NCBI RefSeq assembly: GCF_001194135.2
Contig: NC_069005.1
Coordinates: 2,427,302-2,459,457 of the forward strand
Direction of reading: 5' to 3'
DNA length: 32,156 bases
DNA from: Octopus bimaculoides
Taxonomy: Eukaryota
Shown here in pieces: positions 12,700 to 24,000 of the stretch; positions within the stretch are counted from its first letter, which is position 1; each line of letters begins with the position of its first letter. Under the pieces are notes generated by a model. That model was not told where the DNA came from. It made no database searches and was given only the letters and a program-made list of their open reading frames with translations. Position numbers and translations under genes: made by a program.

Positions 12700-12850
12700 A
12701 AAGTACAGGACATCAGCAGTGAATGAAAAATACGTAAGCGCACGAGAGATGAGTACAGGACAAACACACAAAAAATACAAATACACATTAAATACAGGAT
12801 ATCAAAAAGGAGTGAAAAATACGTAAGCAGAGATAAGTACAGCACAAAAT
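12700..12850. repeat. Imperfect local tandem duplication, period about 89 bp
   Basis: TGAAAAATACGTAAGC at 12724-12739 and 12813-12828, each preceded by TACAGGA.ATCA and followed by GAGAT.AGTACAG. Confidence 0.7.
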
Positions 12851-13559
12851 ACCAAACGAAGTCTAACTCCTCCTCTGTTGTCGACTTTTTATTACTACCT
12901 GTTTCGACTTTTCAACGATAAGACAGGAAAACTTCATAAGACAGCAGCATCCAGAAATATTAAAAATTTATGGAAATTTAGAGCTTCGAACGAACACGCG
13001 ACACCAGAGTGGACGTACAGAATAAATAATCGGCGAAGGGAGACATTAAGGGCCGTTAAGCTAAGACGAATTGTTATGGGCAACGCCTGGGAGAAATTTT
13101 GAAAGGTTATAGAATAAATAGAAGAGACAAAATATTAGAAGAGAAAAGATACCGAGAAGCGAGAGAAATGACGTACAGCTGACTGGACGTCCCGTCCAAA
13201 AGAGACAGGGTCTGCTACATCAAACCCGTGCAATATTTTCCCGGGAAGCGGGCCGCACGGGACGAGCAGGACAGTTAGAAAACGTTAAGGCTTCCCATTC
13301 TGTTTGCTTATGACTGCGCTACACAGTTGCTGGATAGGCTAGAAATAGCAGTTTAATTTTCTTGCAGTCAGCAAAAAAGGAAAAAAAAAAAGAATTATAT
13401 TAACAGATTGCAGTGAGCTAGAAAAATAGACGATATAGTCATGGCTGGAACGCCTCTGATGATATATCTGTTTGATGAGGCAGAACTTTTGGGAGGTGCA
13501 GTTGAATAACCCCAACAATTGCAAAACTTTGAAAGCTAAACTTCAGCACATCAACAACT

Positions 13560-14075
13560 TCACTCCTATCTGAGCACCACTTCCACTACCACCGCCACCA
13601 GCAACACAACAAACACCGTCCCCCTACTGCCAACATCACCACCATCAGCACAATGCCGCACTGCTACCACCACCACTGCGACAAGCTCTCCAAAATGACC
13701 ACCAGCAAAATCATCATCACCAGCCAATCGCCATCACTACAATCCCCACCACCAAATCCACCAATATCCTTTACACCAGAAGCGTTACCACCATCACCAC
13801 CACCAGCACTACCATCACCACCACCAGCACTACCACCACCACCATTAACTCTACTATTACTACTACTACTACTACTACTACTACTATTACTACTACCCAC
13901 CACCACCACCATAGCCACCTCCACCACACAGACTCAAGCAGTCTCAACATCAACAGTAGCAGGAATATTGCGACGTTGCTAACCATTATAAAAAACAGAA
14001 TAAATCTCAAAGTCCAACAGAAACCAACAACAACAACAACAACAATAACAACAACGACAACAACAACAACAACAA
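13560..14075. repeat. Low-complexity (CAC/CCA)n, (TAC)n and (CAA)n triplet tract
   Basis: Directly visible; produces the Pro/Thr/Leu and Val/Gly ORF artefacts. Confidence 0.9.
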
Positions 14076-14344
14076 GAATAATTACACACAGCAAAAACCT
14101 GCCAATTTCAAAGTCGGCTCTGCCTTTCAATGTTTCCGATTTATGAGGAATTTATTATCTAATATGACAGGTGGAATAATTTCATTTATTTGTCTTGACA
14201 TTTTCGTCTGAACTCTAATTTCTGATTGGCTGTAATGTGCTGTTGAACTCTTCTGGGCATGCTCTCTCTCTCTTTCTAGAATTTACTTTTTGTTTTTGTA
14301 ATTCAATTATAATGTTAACTTTATTTTTTAATTTAATTTTTTTT

Positions 14345-15720
14345 TTCAAACTATGGATATATAAATACAAAGGTTTTTAATTTTTTTCCTGATAAATATT
14401 TAGAAAGCGAAGTAATAAAATTAAGACAGTGAAAATAAATAAATACGTGCATAAATGAATAACAACGAAAAGAAAAAAAAATCAAACGTCAAAGAAAATT
14501 TCTGTAACACTTCAGTAGTTATTATATTTGTACTAACCTAATACCCGCCCGTTTAAAGTGACGTGGATTTATTCAAGTAAAAACAAAATTACTACAAGTT
14601 ATAAATGGATTGACAGATTAAGTGTTCCTACACTCGTGATAGTATTATAAATTTGAAAATATTACTGTATGTTATATTTACTCTCTGTCTGTCTGTCTGT
14701 GTGTCTCTCTTTCTTTCTCTCTCCCTCTTTCTTTCACTTTATATATTTCTCTCTTTCGACTCATCTGGGTATGCTCTCACCATAATTTATATTTTTATTA
14801 TTCGATTACATAGTTTCATTGATTTTAATATTATTTTCAAACTATGCTTATATAAATACCAAAGTTTTCATCTTATTTCATATTTGAATTTAGAAAATTG
14901 ACAAAGAATAAAAAAAAAAAAAGCAAAGCAAAGCAAAACAAAAAATAATAGAGAAAGACAGATGAAATCATTGTTTCACTTTAGCAGTTATGTTCATTCT
15001 AACCTATTACTCGCCCGTTCAAATTGTTATGGATTTATTTGAGCATATACTAAATTACTATAGTTTATAAATAAAAGTAGATATGAAATCTTCCCAGCCC
15101 CATGACGGTATATTAGTTTAGAGAATAATACTGTATAATATATTCTATCTCTGTATTTCTGTCTGCTGAAGTTTTCGAAACGCCTTAGCGTCATAAGAAT
15201 TTTGAAACAAGAAATGTTTCTAATTTGGAACGGTTTCTCTCGAAAGCAATAAATAACAGTACGTAAATATTCTGTTAAAAATCATTTGGATATAAAGTGT
15301 CAAAGGCTGTCCATGAGACACAAGGCCATATTTCCTGTAAACCTGGCAGGAGTTCTAGCCAAAGGGATTTTAATCTAGTATTTACACACTATTGCCTGTT
15401 GCTCTGTCTTCTTCGTGTTTAACCTTTCCAAAGAAAAAACACTGACGATACGAAGCTTTTAATATTTATATACTTAGAAAGCAAAGGAATAAAATTAAGA
15501 AAAGAATTAAAAAATAACAAAACGAAAATGAAATAGAATAATAAAAAAATATACTACCGCACTTCAGTAGTTATTTTAATTATACTAACCTATTACCCGT
15601 TAAAACTAACGTGTATTTCTCTGAGTAAAAGCGAAATAATGTAAGCAAATGTTCGTCAAATTAGAGTGATAGAGCTGAAGACAGAATGTTTCCAGTCACA
15701 TGACTGCGTATTAACTTGGA
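14345..15720. repeat. Three diverged copies of an approximately 250-300 bp AT-rich unit (spacing about 470-580 bp)
   Basis: Cores begin at 14508, 14977 and 15560: CACTTYAGYAGTTAT...CTAACCTA.TAC.CG...TT.AA...TG.ATTT. Shared upstream blocks: TAGAAAGC.AAG.AATAAAATTAAGA (copies 1, 3) and AAACTATG..TATATAAATAC.AA.GTTTT (copies 1, 2). Confidence 0.7.
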
Positions 15721-16607
15721 GTATATCTTCCGTTTTCTTATTCTGTGTTACTATTTCTCCCCGAGTCGTCAATTACTAGATATTTTTTCAGTTTATCAAA
15801 TGCGATTGTCTTTCAACAAACACCCTCGCAATGCACTTTACTTTCTTTTCTTTCTTACTTTATCTTCTTTAGTCGTCGGTTTCGCAATTACATTGTTACA
15901 TTGTTATTCTTTAATCTATCTTTTTTCAAAATCTTCTAAGACTCACCCATTTCCCTTTCATTCACCGCTATGTCGTTTAATCCATTTACATTGATAATCA
16001 GATATATCCACTCACAATTTCATTACTTTTATCTGCAGAAAGCTGTCTTGCATAACAATCAATATTTTCTTGCGGAAGGTCATATTTGAACCTATTTTCT
16101 TTCGGAATATGTCAAGTTTATTGTGGCAACGAGACATGCTGAAAATACTAGTTGTGTTTTTGGTTAGATATTTTAACATAATTACTGGAATATTCAGGGA
16201 TTACAATTTTGCAGTAAAATTGTTAAAAACGATCATTGAGAAATGATGGTTTTAATGTTACTGCCCAGTGGCTAAATGGAATGACTCAGCTCTCAGCTGA
16301 GTGGTTGGCTGAAACGCCAAAGCTCAGCAGTGAGTGACTGTAATGATATAACTCAGTAGGAATGAGAATGACAGCTCAGTACAGATTGGAATGATATAAG
16401 TCAGTTATAACACTTAGCATTTACGCGAATAACACACTGCTCACTGGTGACTGAAACGAAATTGTACAATAGTTATTGCAATGATTACTCAATAGTTATT
16501 TGACAGTCGTACCTCATTACTCACAGAAATAAAAACACCCAAACAGTTAAAATTGCAATTTCCAAAATTTACTGTTTTAATCTAAAATTATTCCATAGAA
16601 ATTTTGG

Positions 16608-16745
16608 CTTCAGATTGTGGTACAAGGTCAGCAATGTCGGGGGTGGGGTAAGTGGATTACACCGATCTCAGAGTTCGCCTGCAACCGTTTTATCGACCCT
16701 GGACGGATTAAAGGCAAAGTCGACCCCCGACAGTATTTGAACTCA
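16608..16745 (-). mobile_element. SINE family A, 5'-truncated
   Basis: GGTACAAGGTCAGCAAT ... TTTATCGACCCTGGACGGATTAAAGGCAAAGTCGACC ... ATTTGAACTCA. Confidence 0.75.
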
Positions 16746-16847
16746 TTCATTAGAAATCCAGGGTTTCATCAGTAAAAAATTAAGCATATCTTAATTGTAC
16801 TTGACATGAATAAACTGTACACAGCTAGTTTCCTTAACATACACATC

Positions 16848-16890
<43 letters not shown>

Positions 16891-17006
16891 CATACATATA
16901 TATATACATATATGTTTTGTGTGTATGTATGTTTATATATACATATACATATATATATGTGTACATACATACATATATATTTACACACACACACACGCGC
17001 GCACAC

Positions 17007-17037
<31 letters not shown>

Positions 17038-17724
17038 CGTGTATGTAGCCAATATATTTCGTTGTTTCTATTTCCGTTTTTCATATGCTAACTATAAATT
17101 ATATTTTGGCTTCTTTCGCACGCTAAAATAGAATTTTTGAATTTTTAAATTATTAAATAAAAAAAATAAAATCGAACCGAAAACGCAAACGATACTGAGC
17201 ACGGAAAAAATTTTTTTGTTACTTCTAAAAGAATACGCAATCATAAATTTATTTTATATAACATGGCATATACACATTGCATGTAAATATAGATGTACAA
17301 CAGAGATAAGGGATGTAAAAAGAAAAATCGCTGTATTGCGAAAACGAAAATTCATACCTTTTTTTAATTTTTGTGACGTGATTAAATTAAATAAAAGCCA
17401 AGAAATTACATCTTTTCGGAAATTTTTCTTGACAATTATACGTCGTTATATCTAGTAATATTTTCATTGCTTTTTGATCTTGCTTCGTTCTTGTGGTGGG
17501 ACAAATATATTTCTCCATTACCCAAAAGCTTCATCCGAAAACATTGAAATAGCTAAACATATTTGTATTTCCTATACTTAAGAGTTATATTTCTTTAAAA
17601 AGAAAACAAAACACAGCGATAAAAAATATCAAAAACAAAAAAAAACATATCTACTTTTTCAATAATGTTAACTTAATAAGGTACACAAGATATTTTTATC
17701 GATGTTGTTGAAAAATGATTGCTA

Positions 17725-17915
17725 TGGATGCAAATATGGTAGTGTTGTTAAAGAGTTCTCTTTGCAGCCACGTTGGGTCTCATTGTGAACTTTTAGCATT
17801 GCAACTGGTTCACCAATACCTTGTAAGTTTGGTTGGTTGAAACTGCGCGGTGACAGTGGGTCGTGTATGTGTGTATACACACACACGCACATACACCAGT
17901 CGCCATGCTTGATCG
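17725..17915 (+). mobile_element. Degraded SINE family B 5'/middle portion
   Basis: CCAATACCTTGTAAG ... GAAACTG ... GTCGTGTATGTGTG parallels the 8081 copy (CCAAAACTTTGTGA ... CCGTCGTA); heavily diverged. Confidence 0.45.
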
Positions 17916-17954
17916 CTAAATCCACAAGTCTTTTGGTCTCACAATGTTTATCTT

Positions 17955-18050
17955 CTCTTATTCCTTTCTGTTGAAGAGCGTAGGCTCGAAACGTAAAAAA
18001 AACTTTCTCACTTTCCCAAGCGTCAGAATAATACAGTAAATTTCAACTAT
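17955..18050 (+). mobile_element. Repeat family C copy 2 (internally deleted)
   Basis: CCTTTCTGTTGAAGAGCGTAGGCTCGAAACGTAAAA (17963-17998), ending in CAACTAT plus (TA)n. Confidence 0.8.
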
Positions 18051-18907
18051 ATATATATATTTGTATGTGTATGTGTAAAGTAACAGTTTTAGTGAAATAC
18101 CTTTGGTTTCATATCTATTGTGAACTAGACATATCCTCAGTTTCTGTAAACGATAACTGTTCTCTGCAAAGAATGTTTTTTTTTTATAAACACACGGACG
18201 CCGGTGATTGTTGAAGAAGTATTCCTTTTAAAAAATTATGACCGGGCGAGTTGTCTTCCTTCGCTTGATAGCTAGGTTTTGCAATTTTGAAGTAAATATT
18301 TCCGAGTATGTGGATAACTCCATACAGCTTCCGTCCTGGATTTCAGGTAGCCTCCTGGCTCATGTGAGTTCATAAGGATTATATATTTTTTTCCCGTACA
18401 CAATTTACATAGTCTTATTCCATTGCAGTCCAATGAGTGAAACAAATAATAAACAAAAGACAAAAACAGTTTTGTCTCTACTAGGAACCGAATAACGAAC
18501 ACGTCTTCTAAGTAACGTATGCGTCTTTATTTTAAAACATGAGTAACGTGTATTTGTATCTTGAAAAAAAAATCTCTTTTTACTCATGGGATTAAAACAC
18601 TGAGTTCCACATTGGGTTTTCTTGACAATTTAGGCTTTCTTCTTTGTAGATACAGACATGCAGAGTAAAGAAAAAAAATCGCATTTCTTTTCTGTTTTCC
18701 AACGTTCCATCAAACTGATATACAGAAGGAACTGGTTTACATCTGTGGTAGGCGAAGGTTACACAAAACTAGACTCAGATATACGTACATGCATACACAC
18801 GTGCACATTCACACGCACACACAAAATTGTAAAAGTTGTGTATATATGTATACATGTCATTGGGCATGTTTATAAATACACATGTTCATATACATATACA
18901 TATATAT

Positions 18908-18955
<48 letters not shown>

Positions 18956-19220
18956 NNNNNNNNNNNNNNNNNNNNNNNNNNNNNNNNNNNNNNNNNNNNN
19001 NNNNNNNNNNNNNNNNNNNNNNNNNNNNNNNNNNNNNNNNNNNNNNNNNNNNNNNNNNNNNNNNNNNNNNNNNNNNNNNNNNNNNNNNNNNNNNNNNNNN
19101 NNNNNNNNNNNNNNNNNNNNNNNNNNNNNNNNNNNNNNNNNNNNNNNNNNNNNNNNNNNNNNNNNNNNNNNNNNNNNNNNNNNNNNNNNNNNNNNNNNNN
19201 NNNNNNNNNNNNNNNNNNNN

Positions 19221-19276
<56 letters not shown>

Positions 19277-19601
19277 GCATATAATATATGTATGTATATA
19301 TACAAATATATATATGTATATTATATGTGTATATACATACAAATATTTATATATATATTTATGCGTGTATGTATGTGTATATATATATATATGTATATAT
19401 ATGCATACAAATGTATATATATCTACACACACTCGTGCACACGCACACATGCACAAACACACACACACACATATATATACGTATGCATACGTTGTACACT
19501 CAGTGTAGGTAGGTTATCCTGTCAAAGACATTATCAAGCTCGGTTCCTGATAAATCGTATTTGGAAGAACAACGAATAAAATATATGTGAGAAAGTAACA
19601 A

Positions 19602-19650
<49 letters not shown>

Positions 19651-20059
19651 AGGATATACTTGGCAGCAAGTGGACCGTAGTGTGTACATTGGTCTCTGTA
19701 AATGTCATATTGATGGGGAGAAATTGGGCAGATGAAGATGAGAAAGAAAGCGTGCAAATCCACGTGAGGGAAGCCTGGAAAAAATAACAAAAATAAAAAA
19801 AAAATAGTAAAAAATAATATGTTATGTAGTCGTAACTTCAAGAAATATAGAACAATAACAAGGAAAATATAAATAAAAATTTGACGACTGCAAAGATCAG
19901 AAAAAAAAATTGAAGGGAAGTCAGCAACAGAAATTGGTGCCTTTGAAAGACGGTCACCATGGACGCCGCCTCCCCTCCCCCACAACAGCAAGAACAGCAG
20001 GAAGAATAACTTCGACATGAGATGCAATAATAAAACCTTGACATTGGCAGAAAAATCAA

Positions 20060-20223
20060 TAGAAACAACAAACAAAATTGCAGAAAATCAACAACAACTG
20101 CAACAACAAAAACAACAACGACATGAATAACAACACCAAGAACAACAACAACGACAACAACAACAACAACAATAACAACGATAATGGATCCCAAAATGAT
20201 GAGTGGCAAAGTCGGCCTCGACG

Positions 20224-20283
<60 letters not shown>
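20060..20283. repeat. (CAA)n/(AAT)n tract containing a short family-A SINE fragment (about 20187-20227)
   Basis: GATGAGTGGCAAAGTCGGCCTCGACGGAAT matches the SINE core GATGAAAGGCAAAGTCGACCTCGGCGGAAT. Confidence 0.75.
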
Positions 20284-20478
20284 GGGTTTCAAATTTTGAC
20301 ACAAAAGCAGCAATTTCAGGGGAGAGGATGAGTCGATTGCATCGATCCTAGTGTTTCACTGGTACTTAATTTATCGATCCTGAAAGGATGAAAGGCAAAT
20401 TCGGTCTCGGTGGAAATTGAACTCAGAATGTAGCACACACAATTCCGCTAAGAGTTTTGCCCTGACAGCTAGCCATCT
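20284..20478 (-). mobile_element. SINE family A copy with (AAT)n tail
   Basis: GACACAAAAGCAGCAATTT ... ACTGGTACTTAATTTATCGATCCTGAAAGGATGAAAGGCAAA ... TTGAACTCAGAATGTA. Confidence 0.85.
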
Positions 20479-20599
20479 TATGGACAGACATGATGTTGAT
20501 TTTTTTAAATAATTAACGATGGCGCAGCAAAACCACTGCTGCTACACCATCATGGCCACAGCTCTCGTGCTAAAAGTGGTAAAAAACTATACACACATA

Positions 20600-20942
20600 A
20601 ATACATTGACCTAGTACACAGCTCTGCATGTGCACAAAGTTCTAAAGCTCTAGCTTACAACTGCTGTCTCCAGCGGTACTTGGAAGGAAAGTGTGTAGCG
20701 TGTGATCATCGTACTGACAATGACAGAGAAAGTTGAGCAGAGAATCTACATCAGATTTTACCAAGAGCTTGGCAATGCCTGCTCAGAGGCCAACCCAAAG
20801 TTTCCCAAAAAGTTTTCAACGATAAAATTTAGTGCACATGCACAGCAGCGTTCAGAGACCATCTATGCCATGCGGCGTCGCTCCGCGTGCTTCGGTTTCG
20901 TTACTATGGCAACAGTCCGGACACTTATTGATCAGACCTCGT
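20600..20942 (+). mobile_element. Mariner-derived MITE / internally deleted element with long TIRs; left TIR partly lost
   Basis: ATG at 20720 gives MTEKVEQRIYIRFYQELG, resembling the mariner N-terminal motif EQRxxIKFCxKLG. 20619-20644 and 20823-20848 are inverted repeats (21/26 match). The right end TTATTGATCAGACCTCGT resembles a mariner TIR terminus. Confidence 0.75.
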
Positions 20943-21850
20943 TTTTATATATATATATATATACGTACACGTATATATACAGACACACACATACACACAT
21001 ACATATATAAGTGTCAGAATCAGACAGACAGATATACACCCGAAAAAGATGCATAACACCAACTTCAGTTACTACAAAACACCAAAATATCACGAAGAAG
21101 AAAAAATATATATAAACGAAATAAAAAAAAATTATATAAAAACCGAATAAAATCGCTTTAGTGGAATCGATAATATAAGAAAAAAAACAAAACAAAACAA
21201 AGAAACAAAACCAACGATACAATAAAATCATAAAAACAATAAATGGAAAATGTTTCGTTTGGAAAATATCCAAGATGGCAGCTTGCAACAGGGGATTACG
21301 GATGTAACAGCGGAGCGGTCAGTTAACGGACAAAATGGCCTCAATCTTTTCTCCATCTCGCCATAACTTTCTCACTTTCGCTTTCTCATTGTTTACGAAA
21401 GTTTCCAGTAATTTATTCCTTATTTTTCATTGTTTTTTTTCTTTTTGTTCTTTTCCTTTCTCGTGTTACCACTTCCTGCCTTTTTGTTTTCGTGTCTCTC
21501 TCAAATATGTACACATATACGTATAATTATATNNNNNNNNNNNNNNNNNNNNNNNNNNNNNNNNNNNNNNNNNNNNNNNNNNNNNNNNNNNNNNNNNNNN
21601 NNNNNNNNNNNNNNNNNNNNNNNNNNNNNNNNNNNNNNNNNNNNNNNNNNNNNNNNNNNNNNNNNNNNNNNNNNNNNNNNNNNNNNNNNNNNNNNNNNNN
21701 TATATATATGTAGCTATGTATCTATCAATCTATTTGTCCATTTCTCTGTCTGTTAATCTGTCTGCTTATGTTTCTATCTGTCTTTCTCTATTTCTATCAT
21801 TTTTTACTTTCGTCCGTTTCCCACTTTACCTGCGTCTTGCAATTTGGCGG

Positions 21851-22272
21851 CCTCCAATCATCTTCAGACACGGCCTCAAACTCAACAAGGCGGCTTACAT
21901 CAAATACCTAGAGGGGGTAGTGCTGCCCTGGGTCAAGTGGGTGGCTAATCGAGGAACCTGTCTCTGGCAACAGGACTCTACACTGTGCCACACACTCAGG
22001 AGAACCAAGTCATGCTGTCAGACAATTTCTTCCCCCACATCGCCCTTAAAATCTGGCCACCTAACTCCCCAGACGGCAACACTCTTGATTCTTATGTAAG
22101 GTGCACAGTTGAATGAGAGACCAACGAAACTCCTTGTTACACCAAAGATGAACTGAAGGCAAGGAATATGGTAGTATTCACCACCTGAAGCAAGGAGACC
22201 GTCCAGAATACTTGTAGGTCTCGAAGTCGTCTGGAGGCCATGGTTGAAGCCAATGGCGATTTTACTGAATAA
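21851..22272 (+). pseudogene. Tc1/mariner transposase C-terminal half, DD37D (maT-type), disrupted
   Basis: PPIIFRHGLKLNKAAYIKYLEGVVLPWV...WQQD (D at 21974), 1-bp frameshift near 22013, then DNFF...WPPNSPDGNTLD (D at 22087); 37 residues between the aspartates after frameshift repair. In-frame stops at 22114 and 22186; ends RLEAMVEANGDFTE* at 22272. Confidence 0.88.
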
Positions 22273-22380
22273 ATTTACTCTTTAGTATTTCAAGATATTT
22301 TTATGTAATTATGGTAAATATACCTGTTAAAATGAGATGTCAGTGTTATTTTCACTTATGCATAATTTTGACGACAGTCT
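22273..22380 (+). mobile_element. Probable 3' non-coding region of the maT element, ending at a (TA)n run
   Basis: AT-rich segment immediately after the transposase stop; no partner TIR is visible in the window. Confidence 0.4.
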
Positions 22381-22382
22381 AA

Positions 22383-22730
22383 TATATATATATATTAAGG
22401 AAAAAGGTGAAGACTGAGAAGGTGAATGACAAGGACCTTTTTGTGTGCACAGTCTGTGACAGACCATGTCTGTCCTTGGCTGGCCTCAAATCTCACCTGC
22501 GAACCCATGGAAAACAAACCTCACCCAGCTATTCTGATTATATGTCTGTGCACACGTTTGAATGTGGTGTGTGCCAGAGGGTTTTCAAATCCAATGGGGG
22601 TCTTAAAAGACATGTTAGGATCCACAATGAGCAGAACTTACTTGCAGGTATTGGTAGTGCAAATAAGAGGTGCAATCTGTGTGGGTGTTTTTTCAAAACA
22701 CTGTCTGGTTTAAAAAGCCACATGAGACGC
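22383..22730 (+). CDS. Partial coding frame with three C2H2 zinc fingers; probably the C-terminus of an RTE-type non-LTR retrotransposon ORF (host ZNF exon is the alternative)
   Basis: 116 stop-free codons running into a gap: CTVCDRPCLSLAGLKSHLRTH (22446-22508), CGVCQRVFKSNGGLKRHVRIH (22563-22625), CNLCGCFFKTLSGLKSHMRR.. (22671 to gap). Linkers are 18 and 15 aa with no TGEKP; no ATG start (track start is GTG). Confidence 0.75.
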
Positions 22731-23369
22731 NNNNNNNNNNNNNNNNNNNNNNNNNNNNNNNNNNNNNNNNNNNNNNNNNNNNNNNNNNNNNNNNNNNNNN
22801 NNNNNNNNNNNNNNNNNNNNNNNNNNNNNNNNNNNNNNNNNNNNNNNNNNNNNNNNNNNNNNNNNNNNNNNNNNNNNNNNNNNNNNNNNNNNNNNNNNNN
22901 NNNNNNNNNNNNNNNNNNNNNNNNNNNNNNNNNNNNNNNNNNNNNNNNNNNNNNNNNNNNNNNNNNNNNNNNNNNNNNNNNNNNNNNNNNNNNNNNNNNN
23001 NNNNNNNNNNNNNNNNNNNNNNNNNNNNNNNNNNNNNNNNNNNNNNNNNNNNNNNNNNNNNNNNNNNNNNNNNNNATATATACATACATATATACAAGCA
23101 TATATATGTGTTTATGAATGTATGTATGCACGTTTGTCTGTCTGACTGTCTGTCTGTCTATCTGTATGTATATATATGTATGTATGAATGCTTGTATATT
23201 ACCTATACTTAGAAAAAAATTATGTATACCTATATACACATATCCATAAAAATATATACGTGCATTATTATTCTAAGAAAGTATGTAGATGTTTCTGCCT
23301 TTAGATGTACCTACGCATACACCTGGGTATATATATGGGTTACTGTGAGTGAAGACTTCCATAATTCGT

Positions 23370-23380
23370 GTGTACGTGTG

Positions 23381-23465
<85 letters not shown>
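23370..23465. repeat. (GT)n microsatellite
   Basis: Directly visible. Confidence 0.95.
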
Positions 23466-23469
<4 letters not shown>

Positions 23470-23649
23470 ATGTCTCTCACACGTGAGAAATAACATAGCA
23501 TTTGACACTTCCAATATCGCACCGGTGTCTATCACGGAGTTGGTATTTTAGGCTAGAAAATACATCAGCAGAAAGACCTAATTAGTTTTGCAATATTTTG
23601 GCAATTGTAGTTGTGATCTCGCCTCTGGTTAGTCTCAGCTTCCATAGCT

Positions 23650-24000
23650 ACAGAGAGAGGGACAGAGAAAGAGAAAGAGAGAGAGAGAGAGAAGGTGTGA
23701 GGGAGAATGAGGAGGAGAGAAAGAGGGAGAGAGAAAGAGAGAAAGAGGGAAAGAACGAGTGAGTGGAGAAGGAGTGTGTGAGAGAAAGAGTAGGAGAGAG
23801 AAAGGGCGAGTGAGAGAGAGCACGAGTGAGAGAGTGAGAGCGAGAGAGTGAGTGAGAGAAGAGTGAGTGAGAGAATGAGTGAGAGAGAGAGAAATACTGA
23901 GAGAGAGTGAGAGATTGAGAGTGAGAGAGTGAGTGAGAGAAAGAAAAAAAGAGTGAGTGAAAGAGAGAAAGGGTGAATGAGAGAGAGAGAGAGGGAGACG
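23650..24000 (+). repeat. About 350-bp imperfect (GA)/(GAGT) purine-rich tract
   Basis: Directly visible; strong strand asymmetry. Confidence 0.9.

Noticed and set aside
12878-13102. 74-aa non-repetitive ORF
   Set aside because: TTG start, short, no recognisable motif and no supporting splice structure.
13653-13982. Proline-rich 109-aa ORF
   Set aside because: Entirely explained by (CCA)n/(TAC)n triplet repeats.
15165-15185. CTGCTGAAGTTTTCGAAACGCC as another minimal hammerhead
   Set aside because: One-bp stem II, no U16.1/NUH triplet and no stem I; compatible with chance.
22538-22730. Open antisense frame over the zinc-finger region
   Set aside because: Shadow of the sense coding frame, extended artificially through the N-gap.
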